Virus record (IMG/VR): IMGVR_UViG_3300040529_000001
Span: 1-59,638 of that record
Length of the DNA stretch: 59,638 nt
Reading direction: 5' to 3' (one strand)
DNA from: a virus
Lineage: Duplodnaviria; Caudoviricetes
Both the position numbers and the translations under genes were made by a program. The notes under the pieces were generated by a model. The model worked only from the letters and a program-made list of their open reading frames with translations, was not told where the DNA came from and searched no databases. Shown here one piece after another: positions 7,217 to 17,492 of the stretch; the first letter of the stretch is position 1; every line of letters starts with the position of its first letter.

Positions 7217-10165
7217 GTGACAGATGTCGGTTCCGCCCGGGTAGAGGTCACGGGGGACGTACGCGACTTTGCCCGTAAGACCGAACGGGACCTTGACCGT
7301 GCATTGTCACGGATCAAGCTGGACCCGGTGCCGGTGGAGGCCGACCTGGACGCGGCCCGGCGCTCCGGTGAGCAGGCCGGGGAGGAGCTGGGCGACGGCA
7401 TCACCCGGGGAGCGGACGGCAAGCTCCGCGATTCCAAGGGCAAGTTCGTGGCCATGGGTGACCGGGCCGGGGCCGCCGCCGGTGACGCGGCCGGGAGGGC
7501 CGCTGGGAAGAACATCGGGCGGAGCCTCCAGAAGAACACCGACGAGAGCAGTATCCGCCGGTTCCTGGCGGGCCTGTTCGGCCGCACCGGCACCGACTCC
7601 GCAACGCTGTTCGCTAACTTCCTCACCAAGGGCATCCAGCGCATCCCGGCCCTGATCGGCCCCGCGCTGATCCCCATCGGGGTGGCGGTGGCCGGTGGAA
7701 TCGCGCTGGCCGCCGGGGCCGTGATCGGCTCGCTGCTGGGCGCGGCCATCACGGCCGGGGTGGGCCTGGGCGCGCTCGGGCTCGGCGTGGTGCTCCTGAA
7801 GGAGGAGCCCGCGCTGAAGGCCGCCGCCAAGCGGCTGACCGATTCGATGAAAGAGGAGTTCACGGCCGCCGCCCAGCCGCTCCTCCAGCCGCTGATTGCG
7901 GCCCTGGGCCAGTTCGAGCAATTGATAGGCCGCGTCGCCCCCCAACTGAAGGCCGCGTTCTCTGGGCTGGCCCCGGCTATCGCTCCCCTGACCGCTGGCC
8001 TTATCGCGCTGATCGAGAATGCGCTACCGGGGTTCGTGGACCTGGTCCAGGCCAGCGAGCCAGTGCTGGCCGCATTCGGTGGTGGACTCGCCAAGATCGG
8101 TACGGCAATCGGGACGATGTTCTCCACGATTGCGGACGCGAGCCCAGAGCTGGCGATCTTCTTTGACGACTTCTTTGATGGAATCAGTTTCCTGATCGTG
8201 AAGCTGGGCGATTTCATCGCCTGGGCTGGCCGGGCCTACGCTTCCGCCAAGCAATTCATTTCAGGGTTCGACTCCTGGCGAGAAGGTTTCGACTTCGCGG
8301 TTACCGCCATCCAGGGACTGATCAGCCGGGGACTTGATTACCTCGTCGCTAATCTCCCGACCATCATCGAAAAGATCATTGCTTTCCGCCAGCAAGTCAC
8401 GGAAGCCATTCTCAAAATGGTGACCGGGCTGGCCGACGCGCTCCCGACGATCATCCCCCAGATCGTCCAGGGCGTGGTCCAGCTCGTGACCGGCCTGGTG
8501 AACGCGCTGGTATCGAGCGCGCCCAAGATCATCACGGCCGCCGGTCAGTTGGTCAACGGCCTGGTGGACGGCCTGATAGCGGCCCTCCCGGTCCTGATCC
8601 CGGCCGCCATCCAGTTGGTCACCACGCTGGTGACGGGCCTCATCGGGTTGATCCCGATCATCATCCAGGCTGGCCTACGGCTGATCCAGGGTCTCGTGAC
8701 GGGCCTGTTGACCGCGCTCCCGACTGTGGCGACGGCGCTCACTCAGGCCATCCCCCAGATCCTGAGCGCGTTCATCTCGGCCGCGCCTCAGCTCCTGCTC
8801 CTCGGGATCAACATCATCACGGCCATCATCCAGGGCATCGGCCAGGCCATGCCCCAGATCGTGACTGCCATCCAGACTCAGGTCATCCCCACGCTGCTGG
8901 AGACGCTCTCGACTCAGGGACCGGCCCTGATGAGCCAGGGCATCACGATGATCCAGCAATTGATGGATGGGCTGACCAGCAACCTGGGCATCATCGTTTC
9001 CACGATCACGGGGACGATCATTCCGGCAATCGTGGAGTTGTTCCAGAACAACCCGCAATTCTTCCAGGCTGCCCTTGCCGTGTTTGAAACGCTGCTCCAG
9101 GCGTGGGCCGCCAACGTCGGAATCATCACCACGTTTATCACGGGGACTCTGATTCCCCAGATCGTGCAATTGTTCCAGGACAACCCCGGCCTGATCCAGG
9201 CTGGCCTTGACATGATCCTGACCATTGTCAACGCAATGGCTCAGAACGCGGACATGTTCATCAGCTTTATCTCGGACACGCTGATCCCGATCATCGTCCA
9301 AGCGCTGATTGACAATGGTCCGCAATTGGCCCAGGCCGCCATTATGCTGATCCTGGCGCTTAACCAGGCGTTCATTAAGGCCATCCCGTCAATCCTGGGT
9401 GCAATCTTCCGGATCAATTCCGCCATTATCCAGGGTGTCCTTCAGGTCATCGGTGGGATTATCGCGGCCGGTTTCCGGATCATGCAGAACTTCGGCCAGT
9501 CGATCGCCAGCGCCGGAATGAGCGCCGCGCGTAGCGCCATCAACACCGTGCGCGGCGCCATCATGAGCGCGGTCAGCTCGGCCGGTAACTGGCTGATCAG
9601 CACCGGCCGGACCCTGATCAACGGCCTGGTCTCGGGCATCCGTAACGCCATCAACACCGTGCGCTCCGCCATCACCTCGATCCGGAGCACGGTGACCGGC
9701 GCCCTGGCCGGTGCCGGGGGCTGGCTGGTCAGCGCGGGCCGCCAGATCATCGACGGCCTGATCTCCGGCATCCGGGCTGGGTTCGGCCGGGTCCAGGGCC
9801 TCCTCAACTCCTTGACGTCGATGCTGCCCGATTGGAAGGGTCCGGCCGAGGTGGACCGGAAGATCCTGCGGAGGTCCGGCCAGCTCGTGATGGACGGTTT
9901 CCGGGACGGCCTGGCGGACCGGCTCGAACCGATCCAGAAGACCCTGGGCCAGTGGACCGGTGACCTTCCCAGCTTCACCGGCTCCCCCAGCGCGGACCGG
10001 TGGACGGGCGGGTCCGGGTCGGATGACTTCTCCGGCTCCTCCTCGGGGATGTGCGTGACGATCGAGGCCGGAGCCATCGTGATCAACGGGCAGGGAGCGG
10101 AAGCCGGAGAGCGGGCCGCTGAGGCCATCCTGGAGCGTCTCGGCGCTGCTACCTTGGCACGATGA
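7217..10165 (+). CDS. tape measure protein
   Basis: About 980 aa, Ala/Ile/Gln amphipathic repeats, LRDSKGKF N-terminal motif, DWKGP C-terminal motif; GTG start 6 nt after a TACGCT -10 box. Confidence 0.93.
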   Translation: MTDVGSARVEVTGDVRDFARKTERDLDRALSRIKLDPVPVEADLDAARRSGEQAGEELGDGITRGADGKLRDSKGKFVAMGDRAGAAAGDAAGRAAGKNIGRSLQKNTDESSIRRFLAGLFGRTGTDSATLFANFLTKGIQRIPALIGPALIPIGVAVAGGIALAAGAVIGSLLGAAITAGVGLGALGLGVVLLKEEPALKAAAKRLTDSMKEEFTAAAQPLLQPLIAALGQFEQLIGRVAPQLKAAFSGLAPAIAPLTAGLIALIENALPGFVDLVQASEPVLAAFGGGLAKIGTAIGTMFSTIADASPELAIFFDDFFDGISFLIVKLGDFIAWAGRAYASAKQFISGFDSWREGFDFAVTAIQGLISRGLDYLVANLPTIIEKIIAFRQQVTEAILKMVTGLADALPTIIPQIVQGVVQLVTGLVNALVSSAPKIITAAGQLVNGLVDGLIAALPVLIPAAIQLVTTLVTGLIGLIPIIIQAGLRLIQGLVTGLLTALPTVATALTQAIPQILSAFISAAPQLLLLGINIITAIIQGIGQAMPQIVTAIQTQVIPTLLETLSTQGPALMSQGITMIQQLMDGLTSNLGIIVSTITGTIIPAIVELFQNNPQFFQAALAVFETLLQAWAANVGIITTFITGTLIPQIVQLFQDNPGLIQAGLDMILTIVNAMAQNADMFISFISDTLIPIIVQALIDNGPQLAQAAIMLILALNQAFIKAIPSILGAIFRINSAIIQGVLQVIGGIIAAGFRIMQNFGQSIASAGMSAARSAINTVRGAIMSAVSSAGNWLISTGRTLINGLVSGIRNAINTVRSAITSIRSTVTGALAGAGGWLVSAGRQIIDGLISGIRAGFGRVQGLLNSLTSMLPDWKGPAEVDRKILRRSGQLVMDGFRDGLADRLEPIQKTLGQWTGDLPSFTGSPSADRWTGGSGSDDFSGSSSGMCVTIEAGAIVINGQGAEAGERAAEAILERLGAATLAR

Positions 10166-10181
10166 CGGGGAGGTCTGAGTA

Positions 10182-13100
10182 ATGGGCTCGATCACTACGC
10201 TGCGTCCGTCCACCACCTCCTCGGGGGTGGGCTGGACGCCGAGCACGGGCACGCTCCACGGGGTCACCTCGGACGACTCCGATGCGACGTACGCGACCTG
10301 GACCGGCGCCGGTTCGCCCATGATCCTGGGCACGCCGGTGGATTCCCCGCCCGCTGGCGAGCGCCGCCATCAGGTCCGCATCCGCGCGCGCGGGGAGGAC
10401 GGTGACGCCTGGTGGGCCGTGCGCCTGGGCTCCGGTGCGCTGACCGCCGGGGCCGCCGCCCAGTTCACCGCCTCCCCGAGCACGGTCATCGGTTCCTGGG
10501 GGTTCGGCGCGCCGCCGGACGGCGCCACGATCCTGTCCACCTACGTCACGGGCGAGTCCACCGGCGTCAAGATCAACGAGCTGTATATCGACGTGGACTG
10601 TCGGGACGCCCCGACCTTCACGCCCCAGATCCTGGACGGCTCCGGCACCTCCACCGTCACGATCTCCGACACGGCCCAGCCCACCGTCCGGGCCAGCGCC
10701 ATCGACCTGGACGACCTGGCCGCCCATCAGTACCGGTACTGGGTCACGCTCAACGGTGCCGTTGTCTGGGACACCGGCATCACCTCGGGCTCCGCCATCA
10801 ACCGGCAGACCACCGCGCTGGACAACGGTTCGTACGTGGCCCACCTGATCCTCTGGAGCACGCTGGGCCAGAACACCGCCAACCCGAGCGCCGAGGAGAC
10901 GCTGGCCTTCACGGTGTCCGTGGGCCAGGTCCAGCCACCCCTCAACCCGACCGTGACGCCGCTGGCGGACAGCCCGTTCTACGACATCGAGGCGTGCGCC
11001 CCGTTCGTGGAGGATCTGGACGGTTCGGTGGGCTGGGTGGAGGTCCAGCGGGTGGACTGCCCGGTGGGTGGATACCTCACGCTGCCTGGGAACTTCGGTT
11101 CCTACGCGGGCACGCCCGATCCGGGCGTGGCGCTGACCGACCTCCAGGTGACGATCAAGGCTGGCCGGGACGACGACTGGCGCCCAGACAGCATCGAGAC
11201 CCTGGCATCTCACAGCGACACGGACCTGAACTTGCGGTCCTGGTTGGTCAGCGTGGCCCAGAGCACCGGCATCCCGTCGCTGACCTGGAGTGATGACGGG
11301 GTCCTGACCACGGACGTATCGGCTACCGAGCGGGTGCCGGTGGACCCGTTCGGCGTGATCCGGCTCCGGGTGCTGCTGGACACCGACGACGGGGCCGGGG
11401 GCTGGACGGTCACGTTCCAGTACCAGGAGACCGACGAGGGCGAGTGGCTCCAGCTCGGGGACGTGGTGACCAACAGCGGCGGGGGGACCACCTCGCTGTT
11501 CCCCGCCACCGGCGTGGAGATGATGGTCGGTGCCGATTCGGACGCTGGAGCACCGGCCAACCGGTTCACCGGCCGGATCTACACAGTGGAGGTTCGTAGC
11601 GGCGCGGCCGGGGCGGTAGCGGCCAGCCCGGACTTCACCAACCACCTGGAGGGGACAACCTCGTTCGAGGACAGCCAGGGCAACGTCTGGACGGTCTACA
11701 GCCCGGCCTCGATCTACTCACCCACCAGCACGGTGACCCTGGCCATGCTCGGCCCGCTGGCCAGCGACGAGTGTGCGATCTGGACGGACTACACCCTTCC
11801 CCGGTCCGGGGTCGGCATCACGTGCGACCACGCCCCGGTGGCCTGCTGTTCGTACTACCGGGCGCGCACCATCGGGCGCGAGGACGGGGACCTGAGGATC
11901 AGCAACTGGTCCGACGTGCCGGACCTCGGAATCCCCAGCGGCGTGATCGTGATGTGGCCCTCCACCGAGGGCACGATCCCGGCCGGATGGGACCGGGTCA
12001 CCGCGCTGGACGGCCGGTACCCCAAGGGCGTGCCGAACGCCACCACCCAGCCGGGCACCCTTGGCGGCGCGGCCACCCACACCCACGCGGTTCCGGCTCA
12101 CGCGCACGTCACCACCCACGGGCACGGCAACACCGGCAACACCTCCGCCGGGGTCGGCGCGGTCAACAGCCACGACGGGGCGGTGGGCACCACCGCCATC
12201 TTGTCCAGCCACGTGCACACCCAGACCAACACGGACCAGGTGGTCACGGACAGCGGTTCCACCACCCCGTCCATCACCTCGATCTCAAACGACACCGAGC
12301 GGCTGGAGGTGCTGTTCGTGGAGTCGGACGGCACCCCGGCCGGGGTGCCGGACGGTGCGCTGGCGCTGACCCCTGACATTTCACTGTCAGGATGGACGGA
12401 CTACACGGATGCGGCCAACCGTCTGATCAAGGGCGCCAGCGGTTCCAGCGGTGGAGCCACCGGGGCCAGCGCGGTGGACAGCCACGTCCACGCGCTCGGC
12501 GCACACACCCACACCGGAACCAGCCACACCCACACGGCTACGGCCTCCAGCGTGGCGTCCAACCGGTCGCTGTTCGCCGGTCCGACCACCGTGCTGTGGA
12601 CCAGCGCGCACAGCCACCCGATCACGGCCGCCGCCGCCGCGTTCGGGACGCTGGCCTCTGCCGGTTCGGCCAACACCGGCGCGGCGGCATCGTCGATGCT
12701 CCCCCCGTACCGCAACCTCCGGGTCAAGGAGAACACCTCCGGCGTGCCGGATCTCCCGGTGGGCCTCATCTGTGGCTGGCGTAAGTCGCTCGGCACCATC
12801 CCCGGCAACTGGCAACTCTGCGACGGGACCAACGGCACGCCGGACATGTTCGGCCGCTACCCCCGGGGAGCCACCGCCAGCATCGGCACGGCCGGGGGAT
12901 CGGCCGCCGCTCACAACCACACCCAGCCCACCCACGGCCACACCTCCAGCGGTCACACCCACACCAAGACGGTCGGATCGGCCGCCGCCGCCACGGCCGC
13001 CACCAGCGCCACCGTCACGGTCAGCGTGTCCACCGGGACGCACACCCACACGGCCGCCGCCACCGACACGTCCACCCCGGCCGTTACCGACCTGGCCGCC

Positions 13101-13598
13101 ACCACCGTGCCGAGCACCACCTCCGAGCCCCTGCACGAGGAGTTGGCGTTCATCCAGTTGATGGAGCCGCTCACCCCGCCGGACGACCCGTCCGTGTTCT
13201 GCCTGGACTGGGACGATGACGAGCACCTGATCCGCACCCTGGGGCCGGACGGCCCGATCTGGGCGCCGGTGCTGGGAAAATTCGAGTGGGTGGTGGACCG
13301 CGCGTTCACGGCCGCCACGGGGATCAACGGCGGACGGTTCGTCACCAGCGCGGAGCCGGGCGGCCGGAACCTGACCATGACCGCCGCCGTGGAGAGCGAG
13401 GCCGACCTGGCCCAGCTCCGCGCGGTGCTTGCTCGGCCGCTGGTCCTGATCAGCCCGAGCGACGCCAGCGAGGTCTGGGCGGCGCCGGTCAGCGAGTCCG
13501 TCCGGATCGTCAAGGTGGGCCGCATCCGTCAGGTCACCGCCTCGTTCGTCGGGACGGGGCCTCAGCCTCCCCCTCAACTGGCCGACGTGGGAGTATGA
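10182..13598 (+). CDS. minor tail protein with LamG-like insert, tail-collar modules and HxH repeats
   Basis: Follows the tape measure; collar motifs IPAGWDRVT..DGRYPKG and WQLCDGTNGTPDM; many H-T-H repeats. Confidence 0.85.
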   Translation: MGSITTLRPSTTSSGVGWTPSTGTLHGVTSDDSDATYATWTGAGSPMILGTPVDSPPAGERRHQVRIRARGEDGDAWWAVRLGSGALTAGAAAQFTASPSTVIGSWGFGAPPDGATILSTYVTGESTGVKINELYIDVDCRDAPTFTPQILDGSGTSTVTISDTAQPTVRASAIDLDDLAAHQYRYWVTLNGAVVWDTGITSGSAINRQTTALDNGSYVAHLILWSTLGQNTANPSAEETLAFTVSVGQVQPPLNPTVTPLADSPFYDIEACAPFVEDLDGSVGWVEVQRVDCPVGGYLTLPGNFGSYAGTPDPGVALTDLQVTIKAGRDDDWRPDSIETLASHSDTDLNLRSWLVSVAQSTGIPSLTWSDDGVLTTDVSATERVPVDPFGVIRLRVLLDTDDGAGGWTVTFQYQETDEGEWLQLGDVVTNSGGGTTSLFPATGVEMMVGADSDAGAPANRFTGRIYTVEVRSGAAGAVAASPDFTNHLEGTTSFEDSQGNVWTVYSPASIYSPTSTVTLAMLGPLASDECAIWTDYTLPRSGVGITCDHAPVACCSYYRARTIGREDGDLRISNWSDVPDLGIPSGVIVMWPSTEGTIPAGWDRVTALDGRYPKGVPNATTQPGTLGGAATHTHAVPAHAHVTTHGHGNTGNTSAGVGAVNSHDGAVGTTAILSSHVHTQTNTDQVVTDSGSTTPSITSISNDTERLEVLFVESDGTPAGVPDGALALTPDISLSGWTDYTDAANRLIKGASGSSGGATGASAVDSHVHALGAHTHTGTSHTHTATASSVASNRSLFAGPTTVLWTSAHSHPITAAAAAFGTLASAGSANTGAAASSMLPPYRNLRVKENTSGVPDLPVGLICGWRKSLGTIPGNWQLCDGTNGTPDMFGRYPRGATASIGTAGGSAAAHNHTQPTHGHTSSGHTHTKTVGSAAAATAATSATVTVSVSTGTHTHTAAATDTSTPAVTDLAATTVPSTTSEPLHEELAFIQLMEPLTPPDDPSVFCLDWDDDEHLIRTLGPDGPIWAPVLGKFEWVVDRAFTAATGINGGRFVTSAEPGGRNLTMTAAVESEADLAQLRAVLARPLVLISPSDASEVWAAPVSESVRIVKVGRIRQVTASFVGTGPQPPPQLADVGV

Positions 13599-13602
13599 AG
13601 TC

Positions 13603-16419
13603 ATGGCTGTAACCGACGTTCTCCGGCCCGTCTCCGTCCGCGAGGTGGGCGCCGGTACCGCCGTGCCATCGGGCACCCTGGCCACCGTCACCGCCGACGA
13701 CTCCGACGCGACGTACGTCGACTTCAACGGCCCGGACTTCAGCAACAACTGGAACCTGAGGGTGGGCTCTCACACCCCCACCACCGGCTACGAACGGCAC
13801 CAGGTCCGGGGCCGTATCCGGGTGCGATGCGACGCCGGGACGTGCACGGAGGACATCGACCTGGGCCGGGGGACCTCCGACTACATCACGTACAAGACCG
13901 TCGCGGTGACCACCACGTTTGCGGAACGGGTGAGCGACTGGACCCAGGACGCCGGGTATGGCCTGAACACGGTCGGCGCCCTGGCGGACCTGAACATCGG
14001 CGGGGGCTGGCCCCAGAGCATCGCCGGGGGGATGACCGAGCTACGCACAGCAGAGTGCTACATCGATGTTGACTGCCGGTTCCGCCCGGACTACTCGCCG
14101 GAGGTCCGCGACAACGCGGGGGTGGACCAGACCAGCGGCGTGGTCACCGACACCAACCAGCCGGTCCTGTATTTCGGCACGCCAGCTTATGACGGGCTCC
14201 CCCCGCTGGACTGGGCGGTCACGCTGCGGGACGCCACGCTGGCCACGGTGTTCTCCGCCTCGGGCTCCGGCATTCCGCCCACCCAGGTCCAAGTCACCTC
14301 GGGCCTTCCGGATGAGCCGTACACGGCGGAGTTTGTTGTCCGGTCAACCATCCGGGGCGCGGACCCGTTCGCCTACTCCGAGACGCTGTCCTTCTCGGTC
14401 CAGAACGTCATCCCCCCGCCCTCGCCCCCGCTGGTCAGCGTGTCGCCGGAGTTCGGCGGGTACCGGGTCACCTGGGAGAACCCCGGGGGTCAGGCATGGG
14501 ACAGTGATTACGTGGTGGCCGAGGTCTGGCGGGACGACTGCACCGGTTCCCAGCGGATCGCCACCGTGCCGAACGGGCTCAACGGTTCGTACCTGGACCT
14601 CGCCATTCCCCAGCTCGATCCCCAGCCGGTGCCGGGTCCTGACTGTGAAGTGTCAAGCGAGCCGTGCGACATCACCTACCGGGTCCGTTACCTCGGGTAC
14701 GTCTCGACGTTCGTGGAGCTGCCCGACACCATCCCGGCCGAGATGATCCTGGGCTGGCCGAGCACGGCCGCCAGCATCCCCTCGGGCTGGAGCCGGGTCA
14801 CCTCACTGGATGGGTTCTATCCGCGCGGCACCAGCGGCACCGGGGCGCCGGTCGCCACCGGGGGAGCAGCGAGCCACAGCCACACGACCCCGGGCCACGT
14901 GCACACCATCGGCGCGCACAGCCACAGCCTGGGCGGAAACACCGGCACGTCGAACAGCTCGACCACCAGCGCGCGGTTCAACGGCGCCAGCCAGCCCCAG
15001 GCCGACCAGCCTCACTCGCACGCGCGCCCGAGCGGCACCGGCTCGCACGCGGGTGGCAACTCCAGCACCACGGCGCCAGCCACCAGCTCAGCTAACAACC
15101 TCCCCCCGACGCGGGACGTCATCTGGATCAAGTCGGACGGCGCTCAGGCCAACTACGCCGTGGGGGTCCTGGGGTTCGCCACCGAGGCCGTGTCCGGCTG
15201 GGTCGATGACGCGTCCAGCTCGGGCCGGTTCCTGAAGGGGGCCGCCGCCGCTGGCAACGGTGGCGCCAGCACCGGCGCGGCCACGCACACCCACACCGTG
15301 AATGCCCACACCCACAACGGTTTCAGCCACGATCACTCCCTGGGCAACACCGGGCTCAGCAACCCGTCCAGCTCGCAGGAGGCCGGGTACGGCTCCAGCT
15401 CTCCGCGCTGGTTGCCGCGCCACACCCACCCGATGGACGTGGTCAGCGCGAGCACCGGTAACAGCTCCAGCGTGAGCGGGGGGACCACCAGCGCGGTCAA
15501 CCTGGAGCCCCCTAACCGCCGGTTGCGCGTGCTCCGGAACACCGGCGGGGGCACCCAGACCCGGATCATTGGGCTCTACACCGGCACGGTGGCCGCCCTG
15601 GACCCGCTCCTGACGTTGTGTGACGGGTCCGGGGGAACCCCGGACATGCGGACCTGGTTCGCCAGGGACAAGGGCTCGGACTCCGTCAACTCCACCGGCG
15701 GGTCCAGCTCGCACACCCACACGACCGGGACGCACACCCACGACATCGGCAACCACAGCCACGACACCAACGTGAGCACGAGCAATACCGGCTCGTTCGA
15801 GGCGCCCTCGTTCGGCGACCTCGGGGACAGCCCGACCACCGGGCATACCCACTCCAGCGGGTCCACGGCTTCAGCCTCCCCGAGCGTGGCCGCCAAGGGC
15901 TCCGGCACCACCAACAGCGTCAGCCACATCCCCGTCTACAAGGAGGTCCACTTCGTCCGGCTGGACGGAACGATCTCCGGCGGCCCGCTCCCGGTGCCCG
16001 AGCTGAAGATCACGGACTTCGCCAGCGCCACCGTGCCGAGCTTCACCCACGGGGACGACCTAGACCGGCTCTCCTCGTTCACGGACCGTATCGCGGTGGT
16101 CAGCGACCGGAGCCACGCGTTTCCCCGGCTGGTCTCCGACTCGCTCCCGCTGGACGGTGGGCTGCCCTCGGTCTCGACCTCGCTCGCCGGGGAGGACATG
16201 ACCCTGACGATGGCGGCCGTAGGCCTCCCGGCCATCAACCGGCTGGAGACGATGCTGCGCAATGACCGGGTCTACTGGTCCCCGATCGGCGGGACTCCGG
16301 GCTGGTACGCGCCGGACGGCTGGACCGTCAAGGCTCCGGCGCCAGACGTGAAGGTTCTTCAGGTGACGATGGTCCGCCAGCCCTGGCCGGTCACGCCCGA
16401 CCCGGAGGTGTTCCTGTAA
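13603..16419 (+). CDS. minor tail protein, paralog of the preceding gene (collar modules and HxH repeats)
   Basis: Shared LRP..S...GTL..VT.DDSDATY N-terminus, IPSGWSRVT and LCDGSGGTPDM collar motifs, His/Ser/Thr-rich segments. Confidence 0.85.
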   Translation: MAVTDVLRPVSVREVGAGTAVPSGTLATVTADDSDATYVDFNGPDFSNNWNLRVGSHTPTTGYERHQVRGRIRVRCDAGTCTEDIDLGRGTSDYITYKTVAVTTTFAERVSDWTQDAGYGLNTVGALADLNIGGGWPQSIAGGMTELRTAECYIDVDCRFRPDYSPEVRDNAGVDQTSGVVTDTNQPVLYFGTPAYDGLPPLDWAVTLRDATLATVFSASGSGIPPTQVQVTSGLPDEPYTAEFVVRSTIRGADPFAYSETLSFSVQNVIPPPSPPLVSVSPEFGGYRVTWENPGGQAWDSDYVVAEVWRDDCTGSQRIATVPNGLNGSYLDLAIPQLDPQPVPGPDCEVSSEPCDITYRVRYLGYVSTFVELPDTIPAEMILGWPSTAASIPSGWSRVTSLDGFYPRGTSGTGAPVATGGAASHSHTTPGHVHTIGAHSHSLGGNTGTSNSSTTSARFNGASQPQADQPHSHARPSGTGSHAGGNSSTTAPATSSANNLPPTRDVIWIKSDGAQANYAVGVLGFATEAVSGWVDDASSSGRFLKGAAAAGNGGASTGAATHTHTVNAHTHNGFSHDHSLGNTGLSNPSSSQEAGYGSSSPRWLPRHTHPMDVVSASTGNSSSVSGGTTSAVNLEPPNRRLRVLRNTGGGTQTRIIGLYTGTVAALDPLLTLCDGSGGTPDMRTWFARDKGSDSVNSTGGSSSHTHTTGTHTHDIGNHSHDTNVSTSNTGSFEAPSFGDLGDSPTTGHTHSSGSTASASPSVAAKGSGTTNSVSHIPVYKEVHFVRLDGTISGGPLPVPELKITDFASATVPSFTHGDDLDRLSSFTDRIAVVSDRSHAFPRLVSDSLPLDGGLPSVSTSLAGEDMTLTMAAVGLPAINRLETMLRNDRVYWSPIGGTPGWYAPDGWTVKAPAPDVKVLQVTMVRQPWPVTPDPEVFL

Positions 16420-17492
16420 TGCCGACCCGCTTCAGTTCGGCGCGCCACCAGGCCGCACTCTCGATCCCCACGGGCTACCGCCGGTTCTCCCGCTTCACGC
16501 TCTCGCGCGGCGGGGTGACCCAGGAGCTGGAGCCGGTGGGCGGATCTCTGACCCAGGACGTGCGCCGGAAAGCGCGCTGGGACGGCCGCCTCTCGTTCGC
16601 CGGTGACGAGCTGATCCCCCGGCGGCCGGGCGACCTCCTGACCCCGTTCGGCACCCGCGTGGATGTGGAGCTGGGCCTGGAGCTTCTTGACGGTTCAGTG
16701 TCAACCGTGCCGTATGGGTCCTACGAGATCGCCTCGTCCAAGACCCGGGTGGAGGCCGGGACTCGCCTGGTGGACGTGAGCCTGATCGACCTCTCGGACC
16801 GGGTGGAGCGCTACCGGTTCGAGGGGATGTTGTGGGTGGCCAACGGCTCCGACCTGGGCGCCATGATCAACAAGGTGATCAACCACCGCACCGGCCGCAA
16901 CCCGAACGTGGGGGTGGTCGGAGCCACGCTCGGGGCGGAGCGATTCTTCGGCATCGACCCGGAGACTCCGCCCTGGTCCGAGCTGCTGGACGTGCTGACC
17001 AGCTTCAGCCGGACGGCCTGGTATGACCGCACCGGTTCCATCACGGTGGGCACGCTGGTGCCGGACCCGGCAACGGCCTACCCGCTCGATCAGCTCACCA
17101 GCTTGTCCGCTGATTTCGACACCCGGCCCCCGAACGTCATCGTGGTCCGGGGCGAGACCCTGGACGGGCATACCCCCACGGTGGCGTACGCCTACGACAC
17201 GGACCCCTCCTCGCCCACCTACGCGGGCACCGGACCAGGGACCAGCCCGTACGGCCGCGTCACGGAGTACTTCTCCTCCCCCCTGGTTCAGACCTTGCCC
17301 CAGTGCCAGGCTGCCGCTGACACGATCCTGGCCAACCGGGTGGGCGCCGGTGCGACTTACACCCTCGTCCGTCCCTACGATCCGACCATCACGGCCGGGG
17401 ACGTGGTGAGCTTGGACGGTCAGGCCCTCGCGGTGGACGCCGTGACCCTCAACCTCGCCGGGGACACGTCACTCCAGGTCCGGGAGCTGTAA
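16419..17492 (+). CDS. minor tail / baseplate hub protein (DUF5047-like)
   Basis: TAATG coupling; motifs LLTPFGTRV..ELG and DTDPSSPTY..GPYGRV.EYFSSP. Confidence 0.75.
   Translation: MPTRFSSARHQAALSIPTGYRRFSRFTLSRGGVTQELEPVGGSLTQDVRRKARWDGRLSFAGDELIPRRPGDLLTPFGTRVDVELGLELLDGSVSTVPYGSYEIASSKTRVEAGTRLVDVSLIDLSDRVERYRFEGMLWVANGSDLGAMINKVINHRTGRNPNVGVVGATLGAERFFGIDPETPPWSELLDVLTSFSRTAWYDRTGSITVGTLVPDPATAYPLDQLTSLSADFDTRPPNVIVVRGETLDGHTPTVAYAYDTDPSSPTYAGTGPGTSPYGRVTEYFSSPLVQTLPQCQAAADTILANRVGAGATYTLVRPYDPTITAGDVVSLDGQALAVDAVTLNLAGDTSLQVREL

Noticed and set aside
10182-16419. Diversity-generating retroelement or invertible tail-fibre switch
   Set aside because: No reverse transcriptase, invertase or near-identical template/variable repeat pair was seen; the paralogs are highly diverged.
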